Below, piece by piece: positions 1-10,652 of a DNA stretch of 64,000 nucleotides. Made by a program: the position numbers and the translations under genes. Source of the stretch: an uncultured Phycisphaerales bacterium (GTDB lineage: Bacteria > Planctomycetota > Phycisphaerae > Tepidisphaerales > Tepidisphaeraceae). The stretch covers positions 4,288,001 to 4,352,000 of the forward strand of contig CAVWLP010000002.1 of NCBI GenBank assembly GCA_963755915.1. The letters run 5' to 3'. A model generated the notes under the pieces. That model was not told the origin of the DNA. It searched no databases and saw only the letters and a program-made list of their open reading frames with translations. The first letter of the stretch is position 1, and each line of letters opens with the position of its first letter.

Positions 1-2
1 AT

Positions 3-2009
3 TGCAATATCCCCTCCGGGGAATCCCTCTGCCGCCAATTCCTCTTCGGCCAGCGCTATTTCCAGCGCGAGTTCGGCGTCCGTTGCCGCGAATTCTGGAA
101 CCCCGACGTCTTCGGCTACAACGGCCAGCTCCCGCAAATCATGCACCTCGCCGGCATCACCCGCTTCCTCACCCAGAAGCTTTCCTGGAACCGCTTCAAC
201 AAGCCCCGCCACGGCACGTTCATCTGGCAGGGAATCGACGGCAGCGAGGTTCTCGCCCACTTCCCCCCCGCCGACACCTACAACGCCATGATGTCCGGCC
301 CGGAAGGCAACGTCGCCTGGCTCCGCGCCAACGCCGCTCAATTCAAGGACCACGACCGCGCCCACCAGGGCGCCATGCTCTTCGGCTACGGCGACGGCGG
401 CGGCGGACCCACCAAAGACATGCTCGAAACCCTCCGCCGCTGCACCGATTTGCAGGGTCTCCCGCGCTTCAAGCAGCGCTCCAGCGACGAGTTTTTCACG
501 CTCATCGAAAAAGACCTCACCGATCCTCCCCTCCAGGTCGGCGAGCTTTATTTCGAATATCACCGCGGCACCTACACCTCGCAGGCCCTGGTCAAGCGCA
601 ACAACCGCAAGGCGGAGAATCTGCTCCACGATCTCGAATTCCTCGCCACCGCTGTAGCGCCGGCTCCGGCCTATCCCCGCAAGCTGATCAACGAGCTTTG
701 GGAAGTCCTCCTGCTCAACCAGTTCCACGACATCCTACCCGGCAGCTCGATCAGGGAAGTCTACGAAGACAGCGCCGAGCAATTTCGGAATCTCTTGGCT
801 GCCGGCGAGCGATTGATCGAATCGATCGCCAAGCCCGGTAAATCGCTCGTTAACACGATTGGTTTCAGCCGCAAGGAAGTCTGCGAGCTCGACGGCAAAA
901 TGCGCTTCGTTTCCGCTGGACCGTTCTCAACGGCGATCGCCACCAAACCTGTGGGCGTTCGCGCAACCGTCGCCCGCAGCGACGATGGCTTCGTCCTCAG
1001 CAACGACCGGCTCGTCGCCCGTTTGAGTTCCTCGGGAGCGCTCATAAGCCTCGTGCACCGCCCCACCGAGCGGGAAACGCTCGCCGGGCCCGGGAACATC
1101 TTCGAGCTTTACGACGACAAGCCCAACGATTTCGACGCCTGGGACGTCGACCCGTTCCACCTCGAAACCCTCGAAACGGCCAATGGCGCCCACTCGTCCT
1201 CCATCATCCGCGACGACCCTCTGCGGGTTGAAATCGCCTTCGACTATCGGATCGGCAAAAGCTCCACGCTCACGCAGATCGTCCGGCTCGACGTCGACTC
1301 GCCGCGACTGGAATTCCATTGCATCGTCACCTGGCAGGAAGACCAGAAATTCCTCAAGGTCGCCTTCCCGATCAACGTCCGTTCGATGGACGCCACCTAC
1401 GAAATGCAGTTCGGCAACGTCCAGCGCCCCACCCATTTCAACACGATTTACGACCTGGCAAAATTTGAAGTCCCGCTGCACAAATGGTTCGACTTTTCCG
1501 AGCACGGCTTCGGCTGCGCCATCCTCAGCGACTGCAAATACGGGGGCAGCACCTTCGGCAACACCATGCGGCTCTCGCTGCTCCGCGCCCCCCAAAGCCC
1601 CGACTCCACCTGCGATCGCGGCCAGCACCAGTTCGCCTGGGCCCTCATGCCCCACGCCCACGGCTGGCGCGAGGCGGGCGTGGTGGCCGAGGCCTTCCGG
1701 TTTAACTTCCCGCTGCGAACGCTTGGACATGCGCCGGCTGAGAGTTATGCGTCCGTGGACGATCCCAATCTGGTCATCGATTCCATCAAGCGGGCCGAGG
1801 ATTCGGATGCCGTCATCCTTCGCCTCTATGAATGCCACGGCGCCCGGGGCAGCGCAAAGCTTCAGCTTTCCGAGCGGTTCTCATCGGTTTCGCCCTGCAA
1901 CATCCTCGAAGAGCCGATCGGGCCTTCGGAGACGCTGATTGCGGGCCAGCCGCTGCGGATTTCTTATCAGCCGTACCGGATTATCTCCTTGAAACTGACG
2001 CCGGCGTGA
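3..2009 (+). CDS. GH38 alpha-mannosidase (5'-truncated by window edge)
   Basis: Frame is open from base 3 (CNIPSGES...FWNPDVFGY) into the 622-aa ORF. GH38 motifs FGYGDGGGGP, GELYFEYHRGTYTSQ and LLNQFHDILPGS are present. Confidence 0.93.
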   Translation, partial: CNIPSGESLCRQFLFGQRYFQREFGVRCREFWNPDVFGYNGQLPQIMHLAGITRFLTQKLSWNRFNKPRHGTFIWQGIDGSEVLAHFPPADTYNAMMSGPEGNVAWLRANAAQFKDHDRAHQGAMLFGYGDGGGGPTKDMLETLRRCTDLQGLPRFKQRSSDEFFTLIEKDLTDPPLQVGELYFEYHRGTYTSQALVKRNNRKAENLLHDLEFLATAVAPAPAYPRKLINELWEVLLLNQFHDILPGSSIREVYEDSAEQFRNLLAAGERLIESIAKPGKSLVNTIGFSRKEVCELDGKMRFVSAGPFSTAIATKPVGVRATVARSDDGFVLSNDRLVARLSSSGALISLVHRPTERETLAGPGNIFELYDDKPNDFDAWDVDPFHLETLETANGAHSSSIIRDDPLRVEIAFDYRIGKSSTLTQIVRLDVDSPRLEFHCIVTWQEDQKFLKVAFPINVRSMDATYEMQFGNVQRPTHFNTIYDLAKFEVPLHKWFDFSEHGFGCAILSDCKYGGSTFGNTMRLSLLRAPQSPDSTCDRGQHQFAWALMPHAHGWREAGVVAEAFRFNFPLRTLGHAPAESYASVDDPNLVIDSIKRAEDSDAVILRLYECHGARGSAKLQLSERFSSVSPCNILEEPIGPSETLIAGQPLRISYQPYRIISLKLTPA

Positions 2010-2275
2010 TTGATTCAGGTGAACCGCACACAATCTGACAGAATCTGACAGAATCGGACACTTTTGAAATATATTAGTGAGTGCTAGCTTAGCGCGCTGC
2101 CGTATGTGTTGGTGGGGAAGGAGGTTGGACGTGTTTCGGGGTGTGGACGGGTTTGGCGCTCGGAAAAGTGTCCGATTTGTTGGGAATTTGCGGTTTGGGG
2201 TGAGGCGAACCGATTTTTGGGCGGAAAGGCGGGCTATTTATGAGGACTTCTGTGGTTTAGGGTTGCTGATACCTT

Positions 2276-3181
2276 TTAGTTTCCACCAAGGAAGGAGTCC
2301 TTGAGCGAGGCGCCGGGGGGTAGCTGGAAAGCGAAATCGCTTTCTTTCAGATCGGACAAGGAGATTTTTAGCTGGAGTTCGGTTGAGAAGCCTTTCAAAT
2401 TGGCGGTCTGCATGGCCTGCTGCGCCTGATTCATGGTGTTCCTCATTAGTTGCCGGGTGGCGTCGGTCGCCGGCTGTCCGGAGGCCTTGATGGCCTCGTC
2501 AAGCTGCTGGTCGGTCACCTGGGGAAATTTTATTCCTCCGGGGGGCGGCTCGAGCGATCGGGAAAATTTCCTGATCAGGTGGGTGGTTTTCGATATCCAG
2601 TACGTTTCGTTTTTGGAGATGGTCGAGGGTCCGCCGATGACATAGCAATCGTCGCCGTCGATCTGTTCGGAGGCTTGGATCTGAGGGTTAAGGAGCCTGG
2701 AAAAGCAAGCGGGTTGAGTATTGAAGGAGGGCAGAAAGAGTGACGGTATGGTAAATGCGGCACCGCCGGATATGCCGGTGGCGCTGGAGAGGGCCATCGC
2801 GTCGCTACTCATTTTAAAATATGCCTTGGTGAAGCCCATGTATAAATAGGGTTGGGAGCCCGCATTCCAAACCGCGCCGGCCTGCACAAATGTGGGCATA
2901 AATTGGTTGGTCTGATTCCAGGTAATGAGGTATTGGTTCGGCTTTTTCAGTTTGATTGAAAACGTTGTTTGTTGGGTGGTTTTTACGTTGCCGGTATCGA
3001 GATCACAGGTAATTGTTCCTTCTGAGCTATAGGCGGACATCGATTGGTAGCGGGCGATGGTCTGGTCGAAGATTGCACTGGGCTGTGTCGTCTGGGGCTG
3101 TGTTGTCTGCGCGGAGCAGACCCCGGCAAAGAGGAAAAGAAAGGGCAGGAGGAACAGCGGAGCGGTTGACTTGATGGTCAT
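2276..3181 (-). CDS. Secreted hypothetical protein, possibly LolA/DUF2092-like fold
   Basis: ATG at 3181 is followed by a signal peptide (..LFAGVCSA) and a QTTQPQTTQP linker. Segments 'IKLKKPNQ', 'EQIDGDDCYVI', 'YWISKTTHLIRK' and 'SDFAFQLPPGA' resemble LolA-like proteins. Confidence 0.55.
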   Translation of the reverse strand: MTIKSTAPLFLLPFLFLFAGVCSAQTTQPQTTQPSAIFDQTIARYQSMSAYSSEGTITCDLDTGNVKTTQQTTFSIKLKKPNQYLITWNQTNQFMPTFVQAGAVWNAGSQPYLYMGFTKAYFKMSSDAMALSSATGISGGAAFTIPSLFLPSFNTQPACFSRLLNPQIQASEQIDGDDCYVIGGPSTISKNETYWISKTTHLIRKFSRSLEPPPGGIKFPQVTDQQLDEAIKASGQPATDATRQLMRNTMNQAQQAMQTANLKGFSTELQLKISLSDLKESDFAFQLPPGASLKDSFLGGN

Positions 3182-3344
3182 TTTTCTGGGGTCCGTTGGT
3201 GAAAGCGTAAAGAATTGGGCAGTTTCCTGAGGACATCCTACAGTTGCACCTGGAGCAATCAACTGTCATTCGCGCCGGCCGGTTTTTCCGATCGGGTTCG
3301 GTCCGACTGGTCCTGCCCATTTGAAAAGGGGTCACTTCCTGGCG

Positions 3345-5174
3345 CTATCTTCTGCGGCGGCGTCGAAATGCTCCGATTATCGCCGTGGCGAGGAGCGCGC
3401 CGCAGGCGGGTTCGGGGACATTGGCGAATGCGGGAAGGGGGAGGTTGTTGGCGACAGCAAACGAATCGAGTGCGGCAATGTCGGCTGGGGAGACGGAGAC
3501 GGCCGCACCGCTGTCGCCCTGGCCGAAGTTCGCGGCCAATGCACTGAAGTCGGAGCCATTCACGGAAAAGCCGTAAAGGAAGTTGCCCTGGTCCCAATTG
3601 GTCGCGCCGAGGCCGAAATTGGCGGCGAGGATTGAGAAGTCGGACCCGTTAACAGTGCCGTCGAGGTTGGCGTCGCCGAGGAGAGTGTATTTGATTTCGA
3701 TCTGCCCGGAGGAGAGTCCGGGGACGATGCCATCGGCTCCGTCGGCGTAGCCTATACCATATTCGAATCCGTTGGTTGGCGTCTGAGCGGCGGAAGAGAT
3801 GATACCGGGGCCGTTCCAAGCGCCGTTGTTGTAGCCACTCTGAAGGTAGGAGGCGATTGCGGCAATGGGATCGGAGCCGCCAGCGTAATCGATGATGAAA
3901 TGGCTATTGGCGACGTCAAGCGTTCCGCCTGGATTGATGAGAAGACCGCCAACCGTCATTTGGCCGCCGGGCATAATGAGAAGTCCGCCGGACTGTATCG
4001 TGAGGGTGTTGGATACGTTCAGGGTCTTTTCGGGCGATAAGGTGGTGCTTCCAAGATTTCCCGTGGGGCCGATGGTGAGGCCGCCTACCCCAGTGACGTT
4101 GAGCGTGCCGGCCGTCCAGTTGAGAAGGGAGGGATTTTCCGAGAGGTCGAGTGCGGCGGTGGTGATCGAACCACCGGCGAGGTTCACTGATGTGCCAGGG
4201 GTGTTGTAGACTTTCACGGTCTGCGACACTGTCATGGCGCCGGTTCCTTCGACAGTTAAGACGCCGGTACCCCCACTGCCCCCGTCGGCGGGATCGATTC
4301 CGCCGACATAAGCGTTGCCAGAAATCGATAAGCTTCCCCCGCTGAGGTCGTAGTTCCCGGTCGAACCGCTCGACGCCGCGATGGCGAACAAAAATCGCGG
4401 GTTTTTTGTACCCGGAATAATGGAATTTGTGCCGCCGATCTGCACAAAAGTTCCGGCACCCTGACTTCCGATGACTTCAGAAAAAGCGCTTATTGACCCG
4501 CCGGAAAGCTGGTAAATTCCAGAAGTCCCCGCGCTGTTGCCTAGAGTTAGTCCCACCACGATATTGCCTGATGAGCTGCCAAAACCAGTGGTGCCGCCCG
4601 ACTGATAGATCGCTCCGGTTCCAGAATTTGCGTCGCCCAAAAGCGCAGGGGCAGCAGCGAAATGGGCCTCGTCGCTGACGGACAAGGTACCGGTTGCACC
4701 GTCCCCCATTATCAAGCCTCCTCCAGCGAATCCGAATCCGTTCCAGCCTAAATACCCGGCAGAGGCATTGATGTATCCGTTGCCGCTTGTACCAACGGAC
4801 AAAGTGTAACCCTGGACCTCGGGCACCTGATCCGGGTCATCCGGGTTCGGTGCCAGGACAAGCGTCGCGTTCGAATTGATTCCGATGGTCTGGAAAAAAT
4901 CGCCCTCGCTGTCGCCGTAGTACGTGCAGGTTGCGCTATTTCCCGCCGCCCCGTTTATCTCGACCCCAGAGCTGAAGTTCTCGCCCCCCGGGGCGTACCC
5001 GAGGCTCCAATCGGCGGCGTCTGACCAGTTGCCATTGCCGCCTATCCACGAATTAACTTGCGCTCCAGCCCATTGGGCGCTTATTGAAAGCGTGAGGCAT
5101 GCCGTCGCGGTCGCCGCCGATGCCAGACGTACGCGACGGGCACGGCCTAGCCGGATTGGATTGATTCCTCTCAT
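3345..5174 (-). CDS. PEP-CTERM surface protein with Gly-rich beta-repeat region and dockerin-like module
   Basis: ATG 5174 with GGAGGG RBS; signal peptide; repeated 'Y.LSGG' strands; TLLGDANLDG double EF-hand-like module; VPEP + TM + RRRRRR tail. Confidence 0.85.
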   Translation of the reverse strand: MRGINPIRLGRARRVRLASAATATACLTLSISAQWAGAQVNSWIGGNGNWSDAADWSLGYAPGGENFSSGVEINGAAGNSATCTYYGDSEGDFFQTIGINSNATLVLAPNPDDPDQVPEVQGYTLSVGTSGNGYINASAGYLGWNGFGFAGGGLIMGDGATGTLSVSDEAHFAAAPALLGDANSGTGAIYQSGGTTGFGSSSGNIVVGLTLGNSAGTSGIYQLSGGSISAFSEVIGSQGAGTFVQIGGTNSIIPGTKNPRFLFAIAASSGSTGNYDLSGGSLSISGNAYVGGIDPADGGSGGTGVLTVEGTGAMTVSQTVKVYNTPGTSVNLAGGSITTAALDLSENPSLLNWTAGTLNVTGVGGLTIGPTGNLGSTTLSPEKTLNVSNTLTIQSGGLLIMPGGQMTVGGLLINPGGTLDVANSHFIIDYAGGSDPIAAIASYLQSGYNNGAWNGPGIISSAAQTPTNGFEYGIGYADGADGIVPGLSSGQIEIKYTLLGDANLDGTVNGSDFSILAANFGLGATNWDQGNFLYGFSVNGSDFSALAANFGQGDSGAAVSVSPADIAALDSFAVANNLPLPAFANVPEPACGALLATAIIGAFRRRRRR

Positions 5175-5338
5175 GTCGCCCTCCCGCCTTGACCTTGGAG
5201 CCACTCCAGATAGGCAATGATTAGAGTGCCCGGAATGGAAACACAAATCTACAAGAGAACGATCGGCCGAAGCAAGCATACACGCAAATCTAGAAAAATT
5301 ATGCGTTCGGCCAGGTGCGAGGTCCAGGGACGGATGGA

Positions 5339-5382
5339 TTAAAGGGGACGTGCCTCTCAGATAATCAGGTACGCCCCTTTAA
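5339..5382. repeat. Intergenic inverted repeat (REP/MITE-like)
   Basis: TTAAAGGGGACGTGCCT...AGGTACGCCCCTTTAA, an imperfect palindrome between divergent genes. Confidence 0.5.
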
Positions 5383-5745
5383 ATCGATCAGCGGGAAACC
5401 AGGTCCCTCACACCGCCGGCTAGTTTCTCAACTTGAACCCCCGCGCCCCAAACCGCCGCAGGGCGGCTGAGGACGGCTTTAAATAGCCGCCAGCAATTCA
5501 TCCAATTCCCAAACGTGGTCCGTATCCGATGTTTTATTCGCCAGATTGCACCGTCCCTCCATTCTACCCCTCCGCGCGAAAAAGGCCGTTATAATGCCCA
5601 TATGAAGAAAGCCCCAAACCCGATCGAGAAGCATGACCTGGAAATCTCGGGGGTCACTTCACAGACCTATCATCATGATGCATCACTAACCAGCATCGGC
5701 AGGTCCGTCGATGATTAGCGACCAGCAATTTCAAAAGGCACTTTA

Positions 5746-7581
5746 ATGAACACGGACACAACCAGTCGCAGAGAGTTTATTAAGCTGGGTGTGGCTGTTG
5801 CCGCGGCGCCGTTACTGATCTCGGTCGGAGGGACGCGTGCCGCCGATTTACCGCTGACGCCGCCGGCGACGGCAGGGGCTGAGACAAAAATAAGATCTTT
5901 TGACTACAAAGGCGTGAAGCTCCTTGATGGAGCGATGAAAGACCGATACCAGGCCACGCGCGATTATTACTTTAACGTCCCGACCGATGACATTCTCAAA
6001 GGTTTCCGCCGCCGCGCGGGCCTCGAGGCCCCTGGAACGGACATGGGCGGCTGGGCTCAGAAAAACTCCGAGATTGTCTTCGGCCAGTGGCTCAGCGGCA
6101 TGTCTCGCATCTATGCCGGGACCCATGATGTGCCCATCCGCGATAAGGCGCTTGAACTCCAGGCCGAGTTTGCAAAGACACTCACAAATTTCAATTGCCG
6201 CCATTACGGATATGACAAGTTCGTCTGTGGTTTTGTGGATGTGGCGACGTTCGCCGACGATCAAACAGGCTTGCCGACGCTTGAAACGCTCACCCATTGG
6301 GCCGAAAAACATCTTGGCCGCAAGCGATTGCCCGCGACCGACGCTGACTCACAAGGCGGATTTTTCAACGGCGAGCTTGAATGGTATACGCTGCCGGAAA
6401 ACCTCTATCGCGCCTGGCAGTTCACCGGTAATTCACTCTACCGCGATTTCGCGGAGGTGTGGCATTATCCAGCCTATTGGAAAATGTTTGATGGCAGCGC
6501 CGACCCGGCCCCGAACGGGTTCCATGCCTACAGCCATTGTAATGCACTCAGCAGCCTGGCGATGACCTATGCCGTCACCGGCAATGCCTCGCTGCTGAAG
6601 TGCCTGGTCAATGCGCACGACTATTTCCAGAACACCCAGTGTTATGTCACCGGCGGATACGGCCCGGGTGAAAAGTTGATGGCGCCGGATGGGGCGCTGG
6701 GAGAATCGATCGTCATCGAGCCGAACAGGAAATATCTCGGCGGCAACATCGGCCGCTCGTTCGAGACGCCCTGCGGCACGTGGGCCATTTTCAAGGCCTG
6801 CGATTATCTGCTGCGGTTTACCGGCGAGGCGCGGTTTGGCGACTGGATGGAGCGCGGGCTTTACAACGGAATCGGTGCGGCGCTTCCAATGACCGGCCGC
6901 GGAACGACTTTCTACTACGCCGATTATCGTATGAAAGGTGCTGCCAAGAAGTATTTCGGCGCCGCCTGGCCCTGTTGTTCGGGGACATTCATTCAAAACG
7001 TCTCCAACTACCTCAACATGATCTATTACCAGGATGATCAGGGAGTCCTGGTAAATCTATATGCGCCTTCCGAGGTCACGTGGCAGCATGGGGGTACTGC
7101 GGTAACGCTCACCCAACGGACGGAATATCCCGCATCGGAACAGAGCGAGCTGAAGATCAGTGTTGACGCTCCGGTGGAATTCAGCGTGAGGCTTCGTGTG
7201 CCCTCCTGGGCTGAGGGATTGCGACTGAGCGTGAACGACGAGGCGATCAATGTTGCAACCAGGCCCGGCGAATGGGCGACCGTTCGGCGAAGGTGGGCTT
7301 CGGGTGATCGGCTGGCGGTGGTAATCCCTCTAAGGCCACGCCTGGTGCCGATCGACAAGCAGCACCCGGATCGTGTTGCCGTAGCGTGCGGACCGGTGGC
7401 GCTCGTGCATGTCGGCCAGGCTCCGGCGATTGCCAGCCGGGCGGAGTTTGGCAAGTTTGCTCCGGCCGAGGGAACTGCTATCCAATTGGTTTCGGCAGAT
7501 CAAGCGGCCGGCCAATTCATCCCATTCTTTCACGCCGCCAGGGGACAACACTACCGGCTGTACGTCGATCTTCAGGCCTGA
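5746..7581 (+). CDS. GH127/GH146-family glycoside hydrolase (beta-L-arabinofuranosidase-like), Tat-exported
   Basis: Twin-arginine signal SRREFIKLG; motifs HAYSH, ETPC and WPCCSGT; C-terminal 'LRVPSWA' beta-sandwich. Confidence 0.85.
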   Translation: MNTDTTSRREFIKLGVAVAAAPLLISVGGTRAADLPLTPPATAGAETKIRSFDYKGVKLLDGAMKDRYQATRDYYFNVPTDDILKGFRRRAGLEAPGTDMGGWAQKNSEIVFGQWLSGMSRIYAGTHDVPIRDKALELQAEFAKTLTNFNCRHYGYDKFVCGFVDVATFADDQTGLPTLETLTHWAEKHLGRKRLPATDADSQGGFFNGELEWYTLPENLYRAWQFTGNSLYRDFAEVWHYPAYWKMFDGSADPAPNGFHAYSHCNALSSLAMTYAVTGNASLLKCLVNAHDYFQNTQCYVTGGYGPGEKLMAPDGALGESIVIEPNRKYLGGNIGRSFETPCGTWAIFKACDYLLRFTGEARFGDWMERGLYNGIGAALPMTGRGTTFYYADYRMKGAAKKYFGAAWPCCSGTFIQNVSNYLNMIYYQDDQGVLVNLYAPSEVTWQHGGTAVTLTQRTEYPASEQSELKISVDAPVEFSVRLRVPSWAEGLRLSVNDEAINVATRPGEWATVRRRWASGDRLAVVIPLRPRLVPIDKQHPDRVAVACGPVALVHVGQAPAIASRAEFGKFAPAEGTAIQLVSADQAAGQFIPFFHAARGQHYRLYVDLQA

Positions 7582-7629
7582 AGGATCGCAAAAATCGCGA
7601 AACTTTCACTCAGCCGCCGCGTCCAAACC

Positions 7630-8418
7630 ATGACGATGCCACCAACCCATCTCGCACGCAGCGCCGCTCCGCTCGATTATGCGCCTGCGCGGCGAAACCG
7701 CCGACGGATCTATCGTGTGATGGTTGCGTCGTTGCTCCTGGGATTGGCCCTCGTCGCCTGGAAATTTTCTCCCGCCTGGTGGCGGCGAGCGGAAATCCTC
7801 TACTGGCAGCACGAGTGCCTGCAATTCTCCTTGTCGCCGGACACCGTCGTCTACGAGGAAGATCCCACCGGGGCCGCCGCTTTGCTGGCCGGCAATCCCA
7901 ATTATCATCCCTATACCTTCCAGCGGCGCTCCAGTATGCAAGCGCCTCCAAGTCCGGCGACCGCCGCCGCGCTCGGCGTCTCGGACTGGGATAAACTGAC
8001 CAGCATCCTGCCCGGCTTCCATCCGTCGTTAATTAAACCGGCGGTCATTTTTCTGCACGAGCGAATTTCCCCTGCCGGTCATCGCCGCCTCGTGTGCGTC
8101 AGGTACGGCCCTCAGGGCGACGCATTCAGCGCGCAATTCATCCAAGCCCTAAACTGCGACACATTCACCGTGACTCCTGGCACATGGAGCCAGGCGCCCA
8201 TTTATACGCCGCTAGGATGGGCATATGACGTCGAAGTTGGCTGGCCGCGCAGACCACCCCTCGTGCGTATCTTCGCCGGCCAACCCGATCCAAACGATCC
8301 CGCCCATTTCACCATCCGCTACCGAATATGGGGCCAGGAAGATGTGCTGGATGGCCGATTGCTGGACAACGATCGAGTGACGTTAACATTCAGAAAAGAG
8401 CCTCAAGAGAATAATTAA
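7630..8418 (+). CDS. Membrane-anchored hypothetical protein
   Basis: 262-aa ORF with an N-terminal PLDYAP motif, a basic stretch and a single TM helix. Confidence 0.7.
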   Translation: MTMPPTHLARSAAPLDYAPARRNRRRIYRVMVASLLLGLALVAWKFSPAWWRRAEILYWQHECLQFSLSPDTVVYEEDPTGAAALLAGNPNYHPYTFQRRSSMQAPPSPATAAALGVSDWDKLTSILPGFHPSLIKPAVIFLHERISPAGHRRLVCVRYGPQGDAFSAQFIQALNCDTFTVTPGTWSQAPIYTPLGWAYDVEVGWPRRPPLVRIFAGQPDPNDPAHFTIRYRIWGQEDVLDGRLLDNDRVTLTFRKEPQENN

Positions 8419-8596
8419 TCGTTTGTTCCGCGGAGACGGCATGCGGTTCAGTGTCAGATTGAGTTTGAGGAGCTGGCGTAGGGGATTCCGCCGGTGAGGA
8501 CACGGCTCGACCGTCTTCGACCCTGAGGCTCAGACCCGAAGGGAGCTCGCCGAGGTCCGGCGGCACTTAGGAGAGCGATGCCGGGCGGGAGAATTT

Positions 8597-9214
8597 TCAT
8601 TCGCAGACAGGCAAGACCTCATGCCCGCACTCCGGACAGCGCTGGGGCGTTGCCCGCAGATCGTAGCCGCAGTTTGCGCAATAACCGGGATGCGCACGCC
8701 GATAGCGACGCCGCATCGAACCCCGAACAAATCTGGCGGGGAGGATCAGGCCGATGAGGATGATCGCCCAATCGGGGACGGAAACGGTTTGATAGGTCGC
8801 CTGGAGTACGTCATTGCTGGGAAGCCGTATCCAGGCTTTTCGAGCACTTTGAAGGAAGGAAGTTTTCATCGAGCCGAAGCCGCACCAGCACCACCCCTCG
8901 CCGGCAAGCAGGGTTTCCTCGTGACTGATGATGCTCGCCGCCTGGCCCGGGAAAAGATGGTGAAACTCATGCTGGATCGTCGTTGTGGCCGCCGAGGGAT
9001 CCAGCCGCAGATGCCGCGATGAATCCCGCGAAAGCACGATCCGTCCGCCGACGGATTCGATCATGCTGCTGGTGTCCACGAATTCAGACGTCTGGAAAAG
9101 CGTCACCCGATCCCACCAGCGGACACTTCGCCCCCAGAGCACAACCATCCCGATGCTCACCAGCAAAGAAAAGCTAGCGACAATCGAAAAAATAACTTTG
9201 GAAAAGCGTTGCAA
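8597..9214 (-). CDS. Membrane protein with C-terminal zinc ribbon
   Basis: Two hydrophobic segments and C-terminal CANCGYDLRATPQRCPECG; paralog at 60854-61513. Confidence 0.8.
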   Translation of the reverse strand: MQRFSKVIFSIVASFSLLVSIGMVVLWGRSVRWWDRVTLFQTSEFVDTSSMIESVGGRIVLSRDSSRHLRLDPSAATTTIQHEFHHLFPGQAASIISHEETLLAGEGWCWCGFGSMKTSFLQSARKAWIRLPSNDVLQATYQTVSVPDWAIILIGLILPARFVRGSMRRRYRRAHPGYCANCGYDLRATPQRCPECGHEVLPVCE

Positions 9215-9242
9215 GGGAAGCTTATTCTACCAGTAGGAGAGG

Positions 9243-10252
9243 CTACGGATTTACCGAAAGGGGCACCGGCGGCGCGAAAGTCCCGGAATACGCGCTCCAT
9301 CGCAAGGTCCACAGCTTTTCCAGCGGCACCGTTTCCACATGTTCATCCATGAAAACCATGTTCACGGCATTTCCATGCCGGGCGATGCAGAATCGTCCCA
9401 TCTGCCCCCAGTTGGGCCCGCGGGAGCCGATGCAGGTGTCGTAGCGGGCGCCTTCGCTCAGGTTCGTCGGCGGGTAATCCAAAATTGCGACGCCATTGAT
9501 TCGGCAATTCAGCGGCCAGGCTTCGTGCCAGTTGCAATCGCCCAGAACGGGAATCCGCGCGGATCGGCCGGCGGATGATGGCGGGTATCGAGGAAGAGCG
9601 ATCGCGGATCGACGCCGGAATAGTATTGAATGCCGCTGTAATAGATCGGGACAGGAACTGAGCCGACGGTTCCGGAGGCGTCGAGGTCGTAGAGCCAGCC
9701 GTTCATTCCATAGCTGCCGGCGATGAAATTGATGTCAGGATAAGTGCCGGGGCCCCAGGGCATATTGGCGCTGCCCCAGGCGCCGCCTTCGGCGCTGCTG
9801 CCACCGGTTGGCTCGCCCGGACCAATATTCGACGCGGGCGCTTCGGGGCAGAACCAGATCGACGGCAGGTTGGGCACGTAGGAAATCTGCTCGGCATAGG
9901 AGGGGTTTCGCGGGAGCCGATTGGGGGAATAGGGATTGGTGAATCCATTGACATACTGGCCCAGGGCGATCATCCAGAAGCCGCTGGGGTTGCCGGAGTC
10001 TCCCATCGCCATGCGGCGATGATCAGTGATAAAAGACTGGTAGGCCCACCCAAGCTGATGAAGGTTGGAGATGCAGCGGGTGGTGTTGGCGCTTCGACGA
10101 GCCTGACTGACGGTGGGGAGGAGGACGAAACCGAGGACTACCGCGACGAAGAGGATGACGACCAGTTCGACGAGAGTGAACGCTGGCGTGAAAGCGGGGG
10201 TTAAGCCGCGTGGGCGGTCAAGCCGGCATTTCCTCTGGCGCCAGAATTTCAT
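9243..10252 (-). CDS. Prepilin-type N-terminal methylation / DUF1559-like H-X9-DG protein (frameshift near 9500)
   Basis: AFTLVEL + hydrophobic helix + 'CISNLHQLG' in ORF 9509-10252; C-terminal RHGNAVNMVFMDEHVE in ORF 9243-9482. Confidence 0.8.
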
Positions 10253-10386
10253 GGCGCTGCTCCGAGCTGGTTCGACCGGGGATCATTTGAGATCCGGGGG
10301 ATCACTTGGGATCCGAACGCTTTGACGTGCCAGATCGCAATATCCCGGTCGGAAAACCTGAATCCATACTAACCCTTAACGAGGAA

Positions 10387-10414
10387 TTACGTAAGAATTT
10401 TCTTGGATTGGACA
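10387..10414 (-). promoter_or_regulatory. Putative ECF promoter TGTCCAA-N16-CGTAA
   Basis: Minus strand reads TGTCCAA TCCAAGAAAATTCTTA CGTAA, upstream of the 10252 prepilin gene; one of four copies with identical spacing. Confidence 0.75.
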
Positions 10415-10545
10415 GGAAATCGGGAAAAAGTTGGGAATTAGAGGGATTTGTGGGGGCGGGGGACGCCCCGCAAGCGGGGCCGCTAAACATGGGGGAGGGG
10501 GTTCGGGGAGCTGAGGAATTTCCTTTTTGATTTCGCGCGATTTTG

Positions 10546-10572
10546 TGTCCAAATCATCTCCCATCCGCCGTT
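10546..10572 (+). promoter_or_regulatory. Putative ECF promoter TGTCCAA-N16-CGTT
   Basis: TGTCCAA ATCATCTCCCATCCGC CGTT, upstream of the PEP-CTERM gene at 10653. Confidence 0.75.
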
Positions 10573-10652
10573 GGTATCGTGTGGGCGTTCGCGACATCCG
10601 GATGCCAGGATGCGTCGAACTTCCCCGGCAAAAACAATTCTTTGGAGGCGAT

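Noticed and set aside
5499-5525. CATCCAA-N15-CGTAT upstream of GH127 as a fifth ECF promoter
   Set aside because: The -35 is mismatched and the spacer is 15 bp; a TATAAT near 5590 offers a housekeeping alternative. Too weak to call.
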